Shown here piece by piece: positions 1 to 8,277 of a DNA stretch of 32,000 bases. Position 1 is the first letter of the stretch, and the number at the start of each line of letters is the position of its first letter. Source of the stretch: Pseudaquabacterium rugosum (lineage in GTDB: Bacteria > Pseudomonadota > Gammaproteobacteria > Burkholderiales > Burkholderiaceae_C). The DNA lies in contig NZ_JBBUTF010000010.1 in assembly GCF_038066575.1 (NCBI RefSeq), forward strand, positions 12,435 to 44,434, written 5' to 3'. The notes below the pieces were generated by a model. The model was given only the letters and a program-made list of their open reading frames with translations. It was not told the DNA's origin and searched no databases. The position numbers were made by a program, and so were the translations under genes.

Positions 1-1
1 G

Positions 2-160
2 ATCAAGGTCGATGCCGCACTCGACGCCGACTGGAACGCCTCGCTCAAGCTCGGTGTGCAGCGCCAGCAGGCCGGCTGGCGCCTGCTCGACGAGGGCTCG
101 GGCGGCCTGGCGCCGCTGACGACCTGGTCCTGGCAGGCGGGGCTGCGGCGCGCGTTCTGA
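2..160 (+). CDS. 3' end of a gene cut by the window edge; C-terminal fragment of a probable outer-membrane beta-barrel protein
   Basis: Frame 2 is open from the window edge to TGA 158-160, with strong G/C at third codon positions. The translation IKVDAALDADWNASLKLGVQRQQAGWRLLDEGSGGLAPLTTWSWQAGLRRAF ends in an aromatic-rich strand with a terminal Phe, the usual OMP C-terminal signature. It is absent from the ORF track because no start lies in the window. Confidence 0.4.
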   Translation: MKVDAALDADWNASLKLGVQRQQAGWRLLDEGSGGLAPLTTWSWQAGLRRAF

Positions 161-194
161 ACCCGCACCGGCCCCGCCCTCACGCGCTGTCGGC

Positions 195-734
195 TCAGGG
201 CTTGCGCAGCGGCATGCGCACCGCCTCGACCTCGATCTCGACCAGATAGGCCGGGTTGGCCAGCGCGCTGACCTGGAAGGTCGAGCGGGTCGGCAGCATC
301 GGCTGCGCGGCGGTGCCGAAGAACTTCGAATAGCCGCGCATGAAGCCGGCGAAGTCCATCTTGCCGCCCTGGGCCGGATCACCGACCAGGTAGACCTGCA
401 TCTTGACCACGTCCTTCAGCCCCAGGCCGAGACCGGCCAGCTGGGCGTCGATGGCCTTGAGCACGGCCTCGGTCTGGCCCTGGGTGTCGCCACCGTAGGC
501 GGCCGCCGAGGTGGCCGGTTGGGACTTGTCGACCACCGGCGGCACCTTGCCCGAGAGCAGCACGCGCGTGGCGTCGGCCGGCACCTCGATCGCCGCGGCG
601 ATCGGGAAGTTGGAGTTCGGGATCTTGTGGCGCAGCAGCTCGCCGCCCGGGGCGGCGCAGCCGGTCAGCAGCAGGCCGAGGGCCAGGGTGGAGACGGCGG
701 CGGCCGGGCGCAGGACAGGGGAGAGGGTCATCAT
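195..734 (-). CDS. RidA/YjgF/L-PSP family enamine-imine deaminase, lipoprotein form
   Basis: 179-aa ORF. The N-terminus has a signal peptide plus lipobox (LGLLLTGC). The body matches the RidA/YjgF pattern (GKVPP..., TEAVLKAIDAQLAGLGLGLKDVVKMQVYL, PTRSTFQVSALANPAYLVEIEVEA). Confidence 0.8.
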   Translation of the reverse strand: MMTLSPVLRPAAAVSTLALGLLLTGCAAPGGELLRHKIPNSNFPIAAAIEVPADATRVLLSGKVPPVVDKSQPATSAAAYGGDTQGQTEAVLKAIDAQLAGLGLGLKDVVKMQVYLVGDPAQGGKMDFAGFMRGYSKFFGTAAQPMLPTRSTFQVSALANPAYLVEIEVEAVRMPLRKP

Positions 735-784
735 CTTCAGGCTCAGGACGAGGGTGAGGGACGCTGGAGGCGCGGGCTCGGGGC

Positions 785-1243
785 TCAGGGCTTGGCCGGC
801 CGCAGCGCCTTGACGGCGACGGCCGTCATGGCATCCGTGTGGCGGTTGCCGAACTGGGTGCGCACATGGTTGACCACATCGGCGATCTGCTGGTCATCGA
901 GCTGGTGGCCGAAAGGCGGCATGCCGTGCAGGCCGTTGAGCACGACCAGCGCCGGATAGGCCGCCGCGGCCAGCCGCGGGTTCTCGCGCAGCGAGGGGAA
1001 CATGCCCGAGCCGGTGCGCGCACCGTTGCCGTCGGGCATGTGGCAGGCCGCGCAGATCGAGCGGTAGAGCACCTCACCCCCCTGCTGGGTGAAGCGCGAC
1101 GGGGTGGCGGAGAAGCTGGCGACGAGATCGGCATCGCTCAGGCGCGGCGCCACGCCCTGGGCGACGGCCGACAGGCTGAGGGCGCCGCACAGCGCGGCGG
1201 TGCTGACGGTACGGATCATGGCAATGAGGCTCGCGGAAGGCAT
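785..1243 (-). CDS. Periplasmic monohaem c-type cytochrome
   Basis: Internal ATG at 1243 of track ORF 785-1606, 18 nt downstream of the amine oxidase stop. It has a signal peptide (MPSASLIAMIRTVSTAALCGALSLSAVAQG) and the haem-binding motif CAACH followed by a distal Met region (LNGLHGMPPFG). The longer ORF upstream of this ATG overlaps the oxidase gene and is Arg/Gly-rich junk. Confidence 0.8.
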   Translation of the reverse strand: MPSASLIAMIRTVSTAALCGALSLSAVAQGVAPRLSDADLVASFSATPSRFTQQGGEVLYRSICAACHMPDGNGARTGSGMFPSLRENPRLAAAAYPALVVLNGLHGMPPFGHQLDDQQIADVVNHVRTQFGNRHTDAMTAVAVKALRPAKP

Positions 1244-1260
1244 GGATGGTGGCTCCGGGT

Positions 1261-2898
1261 TCAGGCCGCGGCCATCGCGGTGGCCTTGCCGTGCAGGCGC
1301 TGGATCGCGTCCAGCGAGGACAGCACCGCGCCTTCCATCCAGGCCGGGATGTAGGACGCGTGCTCGCCGGCCAGCACGATGCGGCCGTCGACCGCGCACA
1401 GGTTGCGGTAGTGCTGCTCGCGCAGCTCGTCCGTCCAGCGGGCGTAGCAGCCGTTGATGAAGGGCACGCGGTTCCAGGCCACCGACACGCCGGACTTGAA
1501 CTCCTGGCGGTACTGCGGGTGGATCTTCGAACCCATCTCGACGGCCACGCGCACCCGCTCTTCCGGCGTCAGCGCGCTCATGCGGAAGGCATGGGCGTTG
1601 TCCCACATGTAGGCGCCCAGCAGCACCGCCGGCCCCTTCGAGAAGTAGCCGTTGGACGGGTAGGAGATGCTGCGGATCGGCAGATTGGTCTGCGTGATGC
1701 CGCCGTAGATGCGCTCGTCCTCCTCCCAGAAGCGGCGCTTGAACTCCAGGCCGACCTTGACCGAGGCGCCGTAGGGCACGGCGGCGATCGCCTGCTTCAT
1801 CGGGTCACCGACCTGCACGTCGATCTGGCTGAGGATGGACAGCGGGATGGTGCACACGCACCAGTCGGCCGTGGCCTGGCGCTCGGCACCGCCGCTCTTC
1901 GCATCGACATAGCTGACCGTCACCTGCCGCTCACTTTGCGCGATGCGCGTGACCTTGGCGTGGTAGCGGATCAGACCCTTGAGCTCACGCTCGAAGGCCT
2001 TGCCGATCGCATCCATGCCCCCCGCCGGCTGGAAGATCGCGCTGTGGAACTCGTAGATGTTGCCGGCCGCCACCTGGCCCCACATGCCCGAGACGGTGAT
2101 GTCCTTCAGGTCGATCGGCTGCGAGGGCTTGGCCAGCGGCATCAGGCCGCCGCCCGGATCGATGTCGTAGCCGCGGCGGTCGCTGGTGTTGGCGCTGGCG
2201 ACGAAGCGGTAGTCCTTGTCGAGCGCGCCCCAGGACTTCAGGCCTTCCAGCAGCTTCTGGCGGTCCTCGGCGCTCAGGCGGTCGTCGAGCGCGCCCTGGC
2301 GCGCGGCCTTGGCCAGCAGCTCGGCCACATGGCCGTTCAGGTCCGACTGCACATGGCGGAAGCGCTGCGGCTTGCCGCCGAAGGCGCCCGTCTGGTGCAG
2401 ATAGGCGTTGTAGTTGACCTGCATGAAGGGCTCGAGCGCCACGCCCAGGCGCTGGCAGTAGTCGAGCACCGCATGATGGTGGTAAGGAATGCGCCACGGA
2501 CCCGGGTTGATGTAGTTGCCGGGCGCGAAGTCCACCTGCTGCGTGGCCCCGCCCAGCTCGGTGTAGCGGTCACCGCCGCGCAGGCTCCAGTTGCGGCCAC
2601 CGGCACGGCCGTTGAACTCCAGGATCTGCACCTGGTAGCCGGCCGCGCGCAGCTCGTAGGCCGCCGTCATGCCGGCCAGACCGGCGCCCAGCACCAGCAC
2701 CTTGGCCCCGCGCGGCGCGCCCGAGAGCTTGACCGGCCCGTGATAGGAGGATTCGGCCGCATGGCCGAGCGAGGCCATGGCCTGGTACATGGCGGCACCA
2801 CCGGCCACCTTGCCGATCATCGTCAGCAGCTCGCGCCGGCTGGGCGCATTCAGTTCTGGGGCTTGCAAGCTTCGGTCCTCGTCTGTGCGGAAGACCAC
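1261..2898 (-). CDS. Tat-exported flavin-containing amine oxidase / L-amino-acid oxidase family protein
   Basis: 545 aa. It has a twin-arginine motif SRRELLTMIG near the N-terminus and an FAD dinucleotide-binding motif VLVLGAGLAGMTAAYEL. The length and C-terminal LAGEHAS... motif are typical of the flavin amine oxidase family. Confidence 0.85.
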   Translation of the reverse strand: MVFRTDEDRSLQAPELNAPSRRELLTMIGKVAGGAAMYQAMASLGHAAESSYHGPVKLSGAPRGAKVLVLGAGLAGMTAAYELRAAGYQVQILEFNGRAGGRNWSLRGGDRYTELGGATQQVDFAPGNYINPGPWRIPYHHHAVLDYCQRLGVALEPFMQVNYNAYLHQTGAFGGKPQRFRHVQSDLNGHVAELLAKAARQGALDDRLSAEDRQKLLEGLKSWGALDKDYRFVASANTSDRRGYDIDPGGGLMPLAKPSQPIDLKDITVSGMWGQVAAGNIYEFHSAIFQPAGGMDAIGKAFERELKGLIRYHAKVTRIAQSERQVTVSYVDAKSGGAERQATADWCVCTIPLSILSQIDVQVGDPMKQAIAAVPYGASVKVGLEFKRRFWEEDERIYGGITQTNLPIRSISYPSNGYFSKGPAVLLGAYMWDNAHAFRMSALTPEERVRVAVEMGSKIHPQYRQEFKSGVSVAWNRVPFINGCYARWTDELREQHYRNLCAVDGRIVLAGEHASYIPAWMEGAVLSSLDAIQRLHGKATAMAAA

Positions 2899-3199
2899 GG
2901 CCGCGGGCGCCCCGCCGCATCATCAGGCGGATGACCGACCGGTCACCCTCATCCCCTCGGATCCAACGGCAGGCACGACCGCACGCGTCGGCCCTGCATC
3001 GGTGTCTGACCACCGAAACCAGGATCCTCTGCCGTGGGCGAGCCCATTCTTCGACGCCGGCCGAGCACGCGTCGAATCACTGTTGCTGAGGCGATGCCGC
3101 AGTCAGACTGCCAGGCACCAGCGCCGGGAGCCGGACGGCCCGACGATGTGCGGAGCGCACCAGGGCGGTGCAGCCGTCAAGCGGTGTGCCGGCAGGCGC

Positions 3200-3415
3200 T
3201 CAGACGCTGCCGGCCCAGGGCAGCAGCTCGTCGAGCGCATCGTCGGCCCGGTGCAGGCCGTCGAAGCTCATCAGCGCCCGCGCCGTGCGCAAGCCCTCCA
3301 GCAAGCGCGGCGGCGGCAGGAAGTAGAGGGTGGAAGCAGCGCCGTCCAGGCTGACGATGAAGCACATCAGCCGCCGGCTGGGCAGGAACTGCAGGCTGGG
3401 AGGGGGCGGGGGCAT
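3200..3415 (-). CDS. Hypothetical small protein (71 aa; may start at internal Met, MCFIVSLDG...)
   Basis: This is the only ORF in the 740-nt gap 2899-3637 with strongly G/C-biased third codon positions and a non-Arg-rich composition. I recognised no family. Confidence 0.3.
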   Translation of the reverse strand: MPPPPPSLQFLPSRRLMCFIVSLDGAASTLYFLPPPRLLEGLRTARALMSFDGLHRADDALDELLPWAGSV

Positions 3416-3529
3416 CCGGGGATGGTGGCGGAAGCCATCGGACAGCAGTCAGTGGAACTGGAGTCGATGTGGACGGCTTCTGGAGCGGCATCGCCGCGCC
3501 AACCCACGGCAGGCACTCACTGATCACAC

Positions 3530-3637
3530 AGTCATCGAGATGATCCGGGCACCAAGCATTTACGCGCTATTACAAGTCCACTGAACAAATTGCAAGACTC
3601 TGCGTAGAGACAGGCATCCCCCCCTACTGGATGCCCG
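3530..3637 (+). promoter_or_regulatory. Comparatively AT-rich leader / putative promoter region of the SEDS-PBP/FHA/PP2C/kinase/DGR-target operon
   Basis: Local drop in GC (ttacgcgctattacaagtccactgaacaaattgcaagactctgcgtagaga) directly upstream of ATG 3638, in an otherwise very GC-rich window. TTGCAA- and TTACAA-like -35 candidates are present, but no convincing -10 could be assigned by eye. Confidence 0.3.
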
Positions 3638-6600
3638 ATGCCGCCGACCTTCGCCCCCCCGGCTTCAGTCCACACTCAGCGTCTGGCCGCCCTGTCTCTG
3701 TGTCTGTGCGCTGCGCTGTGCGCCTTGTCCGTCCTTTGGCTGGACGACTGGGGACGACACGGCCCCAGTTTTGCCCGTGACTATGGCCGACAGCAGCAGA
3801 TCACGCTGGCCGTAGCGGCTGCACTCGGCCTGCTGCTGTGGCTGGCCCGCGACCCACTGACCTTGTTGTGCGTGCGTGGCTTGGCGCGCTGGTATGCCCT
3901 GCCTGCCGGGCGGCGCTGGGGCCTGGGGGCGCTGCTCAGCCTGGGCCTGGTGCTCGCCATCGGTGTTCTGCACTGGGCGCACAAGCTCCATGCCGTGCCG
4001 GGCTTGCCCGCCTCGGCCAGGCCGCCCTTGCAGTGGTTGTCCCGTCAGCTGGTGTCTACCGGCTTGTTACCTGTGCGCCCTGCGGTCACGGTGGAGTTGC
4101 TGCGCTTGCCTGCCTGCACCCTGGTGGCTTGGGCCCTGTACCGCTGGCAGCACGCGCAACTGTCCCTGGGCCGCAACCTGCTGCTGGCCGCTGTGGTGCT
4201 GCTGGTCATGGCGCTCGGCCTGTGGGCCAGCGACGACAAGGGGCCACTGCTGGTCATTGCCCTGGCGCTGGTGCTGCTGGGTGCGGCTTGCGTCACCCGG
4301 TTGCTGCCGCCGGTGCTGCAAAGCCCCGGCGCACGCTGGGTCGCTGCCAGCCTGGCCGCTACGGCCGGCATCGCTGCGCTGCTTGGCCTTCTGCCCCTCC
4401 TGACGCCGGCTGGCCGCATGCAGGCTTGGCACACCCCCTACTCGGCCCGGCAGGAGTACCTGGCGCAGATCACCTGGTTCCTGCAGGCTGCGGCGCACGG
4501 GCACTTTGGCCTGGGCGCGACACCCTGGTGCGGCCATGCCGGCACGCTGATCGGCCGCTGCCTCGGCCTGCCTACCGAGACCCAGAGCGACTACACCCCC
4601 GCCGCGCTCGGCCTGTGGGGCCCGGTGGCCGCCTGGGCCATCACCGCGGCCGTGGCCTGCTGGCTGTTGACCTTGATCCGCTTGGCGGCCTGGGGCACAG
4701 CGCCCCGCCATGGCGTCGACACCACCGGCCTGGCCGCTGCCACCGGGGGGCTCTATGCCCTGATGCTGCTGGCGCAGCTGTTCGTCACCGTGCTGGGCAA
4801 CCTGGGGCTGCTGCCGCTCACCGGCGTGCCCATGCCGCTGCTGTCCTGGGGGCGGGTGGCCATGGTCTGTACCGCGGTGGCCGTGGCGCTCGTCATGCCC
4901 CGGCCGGGTTCACGTTCGGCGATTGGCGGACAGTCGCCGCTGTGGCGAGCCGTTTCGGGCGTCGCCACCACGGCCTGCGTGATGGCGCTGGTGGCCGTGG
5001 CCTACGGCCTGTACCAGCGCCTGCACGATCCGGCGCCGCAGCGCCTGGCCAGCGGGCGCACCAACCCCTGGGCGCCGTTGCCCGGCTGCGTGCGTTCCGC
5101 CGACGGCACCCCTTTGCAGGGCCTGCCCGGTGTGCCGGCCGTGACGCAGGCGGTGTGCCTGCCCGCATCGACCGGCCCCACCCCGGTGCAAGCCCCCGCC
5201 AGTGCCCCCCTGCTGGCCCCGGCTGATGACGCCCTGCGGCTGGCGCTGCAGCAGTCTGCCGACCTCGCGCCCTTGGTGCAGCAGCGCCAGCACGCCGGCC
5301 TGCGCCTGCCGCAGCGCGGTGATGTCACCACCACCTTGCACGCCCCGTTGCAGGCGCGTGCCGATCAACTGGTGGCCTGCCTCACCGGCCAGGCCAGCCC
5401 GGCCTGCCAGGCGCTGGTGCCGGCCACGCTGGCTGCGCGCTATGCCCAGCGGCTGGAAGGCGCCGCCGTGCGGTCCGTCAGCCTGGTGACGCTGCGCCAG
5501 CGCGATGGTGCCCTGCTGGCCACGGCCCACGGCCGCAGCCTCTGCTCGGCCGCCCAGATGGCCAACACCCCACGGCCCGACGGCTGTGCCCCCGAGGCCC
5601 AGCGCCGCCTGGCCCGCCCCGGCCGGCTGTCCCAGCAGGCCCTGCGTGCCGACGACATGGTGGCCTCCACCCTCAAGCTGCTGTTGGCCGATGCGCTGCT
5701 GAACATGCCCGGCGGCGAACGCTGGCTGAGCGGCGCCCCGAAGGCGCAGCTGCTGGCCGCCCTGGCCGCGTCCGACACACCCTTTTTCATCGACCATCTG
5801 CTGTGCTTTGCACCTGGCGGCCAGCCGGCCCACTGCGCCGGCCCCGCCACGCTGGCCCGCCGTGTGGCCGAGCTGCAACTGGCCCAGGGTGCCGACCTGC
5901 TGCCCGCCAGCCCCGGTGAGCCTGAGGCGCCCCACCTGCGCCTTGCCGGCTTGCCGCTGACCTTGCCCGCCTGGCCCCCTGCCGGCGCCAGTGCCGCCCG
6001 CGAGCTGGCTGCCGCCCAGCGCTGCCACGCCCTGCCGCACGACCAGCGCTGGCGCGGCTGCAGCGGCGAGCAACTGGCGGCCCTGGTGGCACCGCTGTGG
6101 GGACAGGGCACGGCCCGCAGCCACCCGCTGGCCGTGGCCCAGCTCTACCAGCGCCTGGCCGCAGCGGCACGCGGCGAGGCCCGCTACGTGCCGCCCCACC
6201 TGCTGGCCGGCACGGCCACGGCCGCCAGCACCTCCCAGCCCACCGGCTTCAAGCCTGCCCACGCGGCACTCATCCTGGAAGGCCTGCAGCGTGTGCCCCT
6301 GGTGGGCACCGGCCGCGGCGCCTGTATCAGCGTCTTCGGCCCCCACGGCTGCCAGGACATGGGCCTGGCCATGAAGACCGGCACCAGCCTGTTTCCCCAG
6401 GCCGGCTGGACGGTGGCCGAGCGTGCTGCCCGCTGCCGCGCCGTGTTCGACCACCAGGACCAGCGGCGCGCCGCCTCGCAGCCCCTGCCCGCCGCTGCGG
6501 CCAGGGACAGCCTGCAATGCGCCCTCTACCCCATGAAGTGGGCGGTGCTGCTGGAGCCGGCCCGGCCGGGCGGCGAGGCCCTGGTCACCGTGGTGCTGGT

Positions 6601-6730
6601 GGAGCGCAACTGGTCCGCCAGCACCGGCCACCTCGATGCCGGCAACGACCGCGCCCCCAACGCCGCCATGGAGGCCGCGCTGCTGTTGCGCGCTGGCGAG
6701 GCGGTGCGCGCCCCTGCTGTGCGGCCTTGA
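3638..6730 (+). CDS. Fusion protein: N-terminal SEDS-family (FtsW/RodA) polytopic membrane glycosyltransferase plus C-terminal penicillin-binding transpeptidase-like domain
   Basis: 1030 aa. The N-terminal ~440 aa contain about 10 hydrophobic segments and SEDS signature stretches: DKGPLLVIALALVLLG, PTETQSDYTPAALG (cf. the TDFIFA motif) and LGNLGLLPLTGVPMPLLSWGRVAM (cf. G-lP-TG-plPf-SYGGS). The C-terminal part carries an SxxK motif (S677-T-L-K680, nt 5666-5677) and K913-T-G-T-S (nt 6374-6388), the acyl-serine transferase motifs 1 and 3. No clear SxN motif was seen. Confidence 0.7.
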   Translation: MPPTFAPPASVHTQRLAALSLCLCAALCALSVLWLDDWGRHGPSFARDYGRQQQITLAVAAALGLLLWLARDPLTLLCVRGLARWYALPAGRRWGLGALLSLGLVLAIGVLHWAHKLHAVPGLPASARPPLQWLSRQLVSTGLLPVRPAVTVELLRLPACTLVAWALYRWQHAQLSLGRNLLLAAVVLLVMALGLWASDDKGPLLVIALALVLLGAACVTRLLPPVLQSPGARWVAASLAATAGIAALLGLLPLLTPAGRMQAWHTPYSARQEYLAQITWFLQAAAHGHFGLGATPWCGHAGTLIGRCLGLPTETQSDYTPAALGLWGPVAAWAITAAVACWLLTLIRLAAWGTAPRHGVDTTGLAAATGGLYALMLLAQLFVTVLGNLGLLPLTGVPMPLLSWGRVAMVCTAVAVALVMPRPGSRSAIGGQSPLWRAVSGVATTACVMALVAVAYGLYQRLHDPAPQRLASGRTNPWAPLPGCVRSADGTPLQGLPGVPAVTQAVCLPASTGPTPVQAPASAPLLAPADDALRLALQQSADLAPLVQQRQHAGLRLPQRGDVTTTLHAPLQARADQLVACLTGQASPACQALVPATLAARYAQRLEGAAVRSVSLVTLRQRDGALLATAHGRSLCSAAQMANTPRPDGCAPEAQRRLARPGRLSQQALRADDMVASTLKLLLADALLNMPGGERWLSGAPKAQLLAALAASDTPFFIDHLLCFAPGGQPAHCAGPATLARRVAELQLAQGADLLPASPGEPEAPHLRLAGLPLTLPAWPPAGASAARELAAAQRCHALPHDQRWRGCSGEQLAALVAPLWGQGTARSHPLAVAQLYQRLAAAARGEARYVPPHLLAGTATAASTSQPTGFKPAHAALILEGLQRVPLVGTGRGACISVFGPHGCQDMGLAMKTGTSLFPQAGWTVAERAARCRAVFDHQDQRRAASQPLPAAAARDSLQCALYPMKWAVLLEPARPGGEALVTVVLVERNWSASTGHLDAGNDRAPNAAMEAALLLRAGEAVRAPAVRP

Positions 6731-6732
6731 CC

Positions 6733-6760
6733 GCCGGGGCCTGAACAAAAAAGGCCCGGC
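6733..6760 (+). promoter_or_regulatory. Intercistronic GC-rich hairpin with A-rich loop
   Basis: gccggggcc (6733-6741) pairs with ggcccggc (6753-6760), giving 8 bp with one bulged G, around the loop tgaacaaaaaa. It starts 3 nt after the SEDS-PBP stop. No T-run follows on either strand, so it is not a canonical intrinsic terminator. Confidence 0.35.
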
Positions 6761-6798
6761 CTGCGTAGGAACAGAAGAGGCAACCCCAGGACACCCCG

Positions 6799-8277
6799 AT
6801 GCACCCGCCACCCCACCTCGACAACGCCACCACCCGCCACCCACTGCCGGCCAACCCCACCCGCTGGCCCGCGCTGCACCTGGCGGTGCTGCAGGTCTGG
6901 CACGAGCACACCTCCCGGCGCGCCGGCCTGCAGCGCGCCGCCACGGCAGAGCTGCGGCTGGGGCCCGCCTGGGCCGACATCGCCCGGGCCAGCCCTGACC
7001 CGCAACGCCTGGCCCGGCGCCTGGCCGCCGACGGCGCCGACGTGCAGGTGCTGGTCATCCCCGACCTGCAGCAGCCTGAGCTGCACATCGGCTGGGCACC
7101 CTGGCATGCCCCGCCGCGGTCCCTCAGCCCCAGCCCCAACGCCGCACACCCCACCGCCACGGCAGACACGGCCACCACCGGCCTCCACGCCACCCCGCCC
7201 CGCCACCCTCACCACCCCGATCCGAGCACCCCCACCATGAAACTGCCCAACCTGCGCCAGCTCTTCACCCCCGAGCCCACCGCCACCGCGGCCCCCTTGC
7301 CCGAGCCCCGGCTGGAGCCCAGCGGCCAGCGAGCCGCACCCAGCGCCGCCCAGCAACTGACCCAGGCCCTGCAGCAGATCGCCGAGCAGATCGACGAGCA
7401 GGAACTGCGCATGCTGCTGGACACCGTGGACTGCCGCTACCAGCTGTGGGAGCTGACGCTGTACCTCACCCCCGGCAACCAGGCCCCGCTGCGCGGGCTG
7501 ATGGCCGCGCACCAGCAGAACCCGGCCATCGCGCGCCAGATCGTCGAGCGCGCCTTTGCCGGCACGCCCTGCGCCGGCCGCCTCAACACGCTGCGGCTGA
7601 AGCTGGACTTCAAGCGCGGCGACAGCCTGCCCCGCGAGGCCAGCGAGGTGCTGGTCGTCTGCGGCCGCGACAACGTCAGCCTGCCCTACACCTACACCGG
7701 TCAGCTGGAACTGGGCCAGGCAGCCCCCGCCCCGTCGGCCGCTCCCCCCCTCTCTGCCACGGGCACGGGCACGGCCAGCCCTGCCCCCCTCACCGCCGGC
7801 CCGCAAGGCACGCCCGAGCTGCTGCTGTGGGGCCAGGTGCCCGGCGCGGCCGGCACGCCCGCCGTACGGCGCTGGCGCCTGTCCAACGGCCCGGCCACCG
7901 TGGGCGCGGCCGACGAGGCCACCGTTCAGGCCAACCACCGGCACGTCAGCGGCGAACACCTGGTCTTGGCACTGGACGAGCAGGGCCAATGGACGGTGGA
8001 AGACCGCAGCCGCAACGGCAGTGCCCTGCTCGATGCCCTGGCCGGCGATGCCGAAAAGCCCTTGCCCTCGCGGCAGCCCCAGCGCCTGCCCGCCGCCGGC
8101 TGGCTGCGGCTGGGCCCGCTGCCCGACGACCCGGTGCTGAACTTCCACCTCGTGCTCTCGCCGGCTGCTGCGGCACCGGCTACCGCCGGCGGCAGCCGCC
8201 GCCGCGTCACCCAGTTGGCCGTTGCCGGCCACACCACCGCGCTGCCGCCCCTGGGCCGCGCCACGGACCTGACATGA
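6799..8277 (+). CDS. FHA-domain protein (FhaA-like architecture: N-terminal domain, Pro/Ala/Thr-rich linker, C-terminal FHA)
   Basis: 492 aa. The C-terminal FHA core is ATVGAADEATVQANHRHVSGEHLVLALDEQGQWTVEDRSRNGSALL (nt ~7890-8030), which contains the conserved G-R/A...S-x-x-H...N-G pattern. An alternative start is ATG 7237 (MKLPNLRQ). The stop overlaps the next gene start (ATGA at 8274-8277). Confidence 0.75.
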   Translation: MHPPPHLDNATTRHPLPANPTRWPALHLAVLQVWHEHTSRRAGLQRAATAELRLGPAWADIARASPDPQRLARRLAADGADVQVLVIPDLQQPELHIGWAPWHAPPRSLSPSPNAAHPTATADTATTGLHATPPRHPHHPDPSTPTMKLPNLRQLFTPEPTATAAPLPEPRLEPSGQRAAPSAAQQLTQALQQIAEQIDEQELRMLLDTVDCRYQLWELTLYLTPGNQAPLRGLMAAHQQNPAIARQIVERAFAGTPCAGRLNTLRLKLDFKRGDSLPREASEVLVVCGRDNVSLPYTYTGQLELGQAAPAPSAAPPLSATGTGTASPAPLTAGPQGTPELLLWGQVPGAAGTPAVRRWRLSNGPATVGAADEATVQANHRHVSGEHLVLALDEQGQWTVEDRSRNGSALLDALAGDAEKPLPSRQPQRLPAAGWLRLGPLPDDPVLNFHLVLSPAAAAPATAGGSRRRVTQLAVAGHTTALPPLGRATDLT

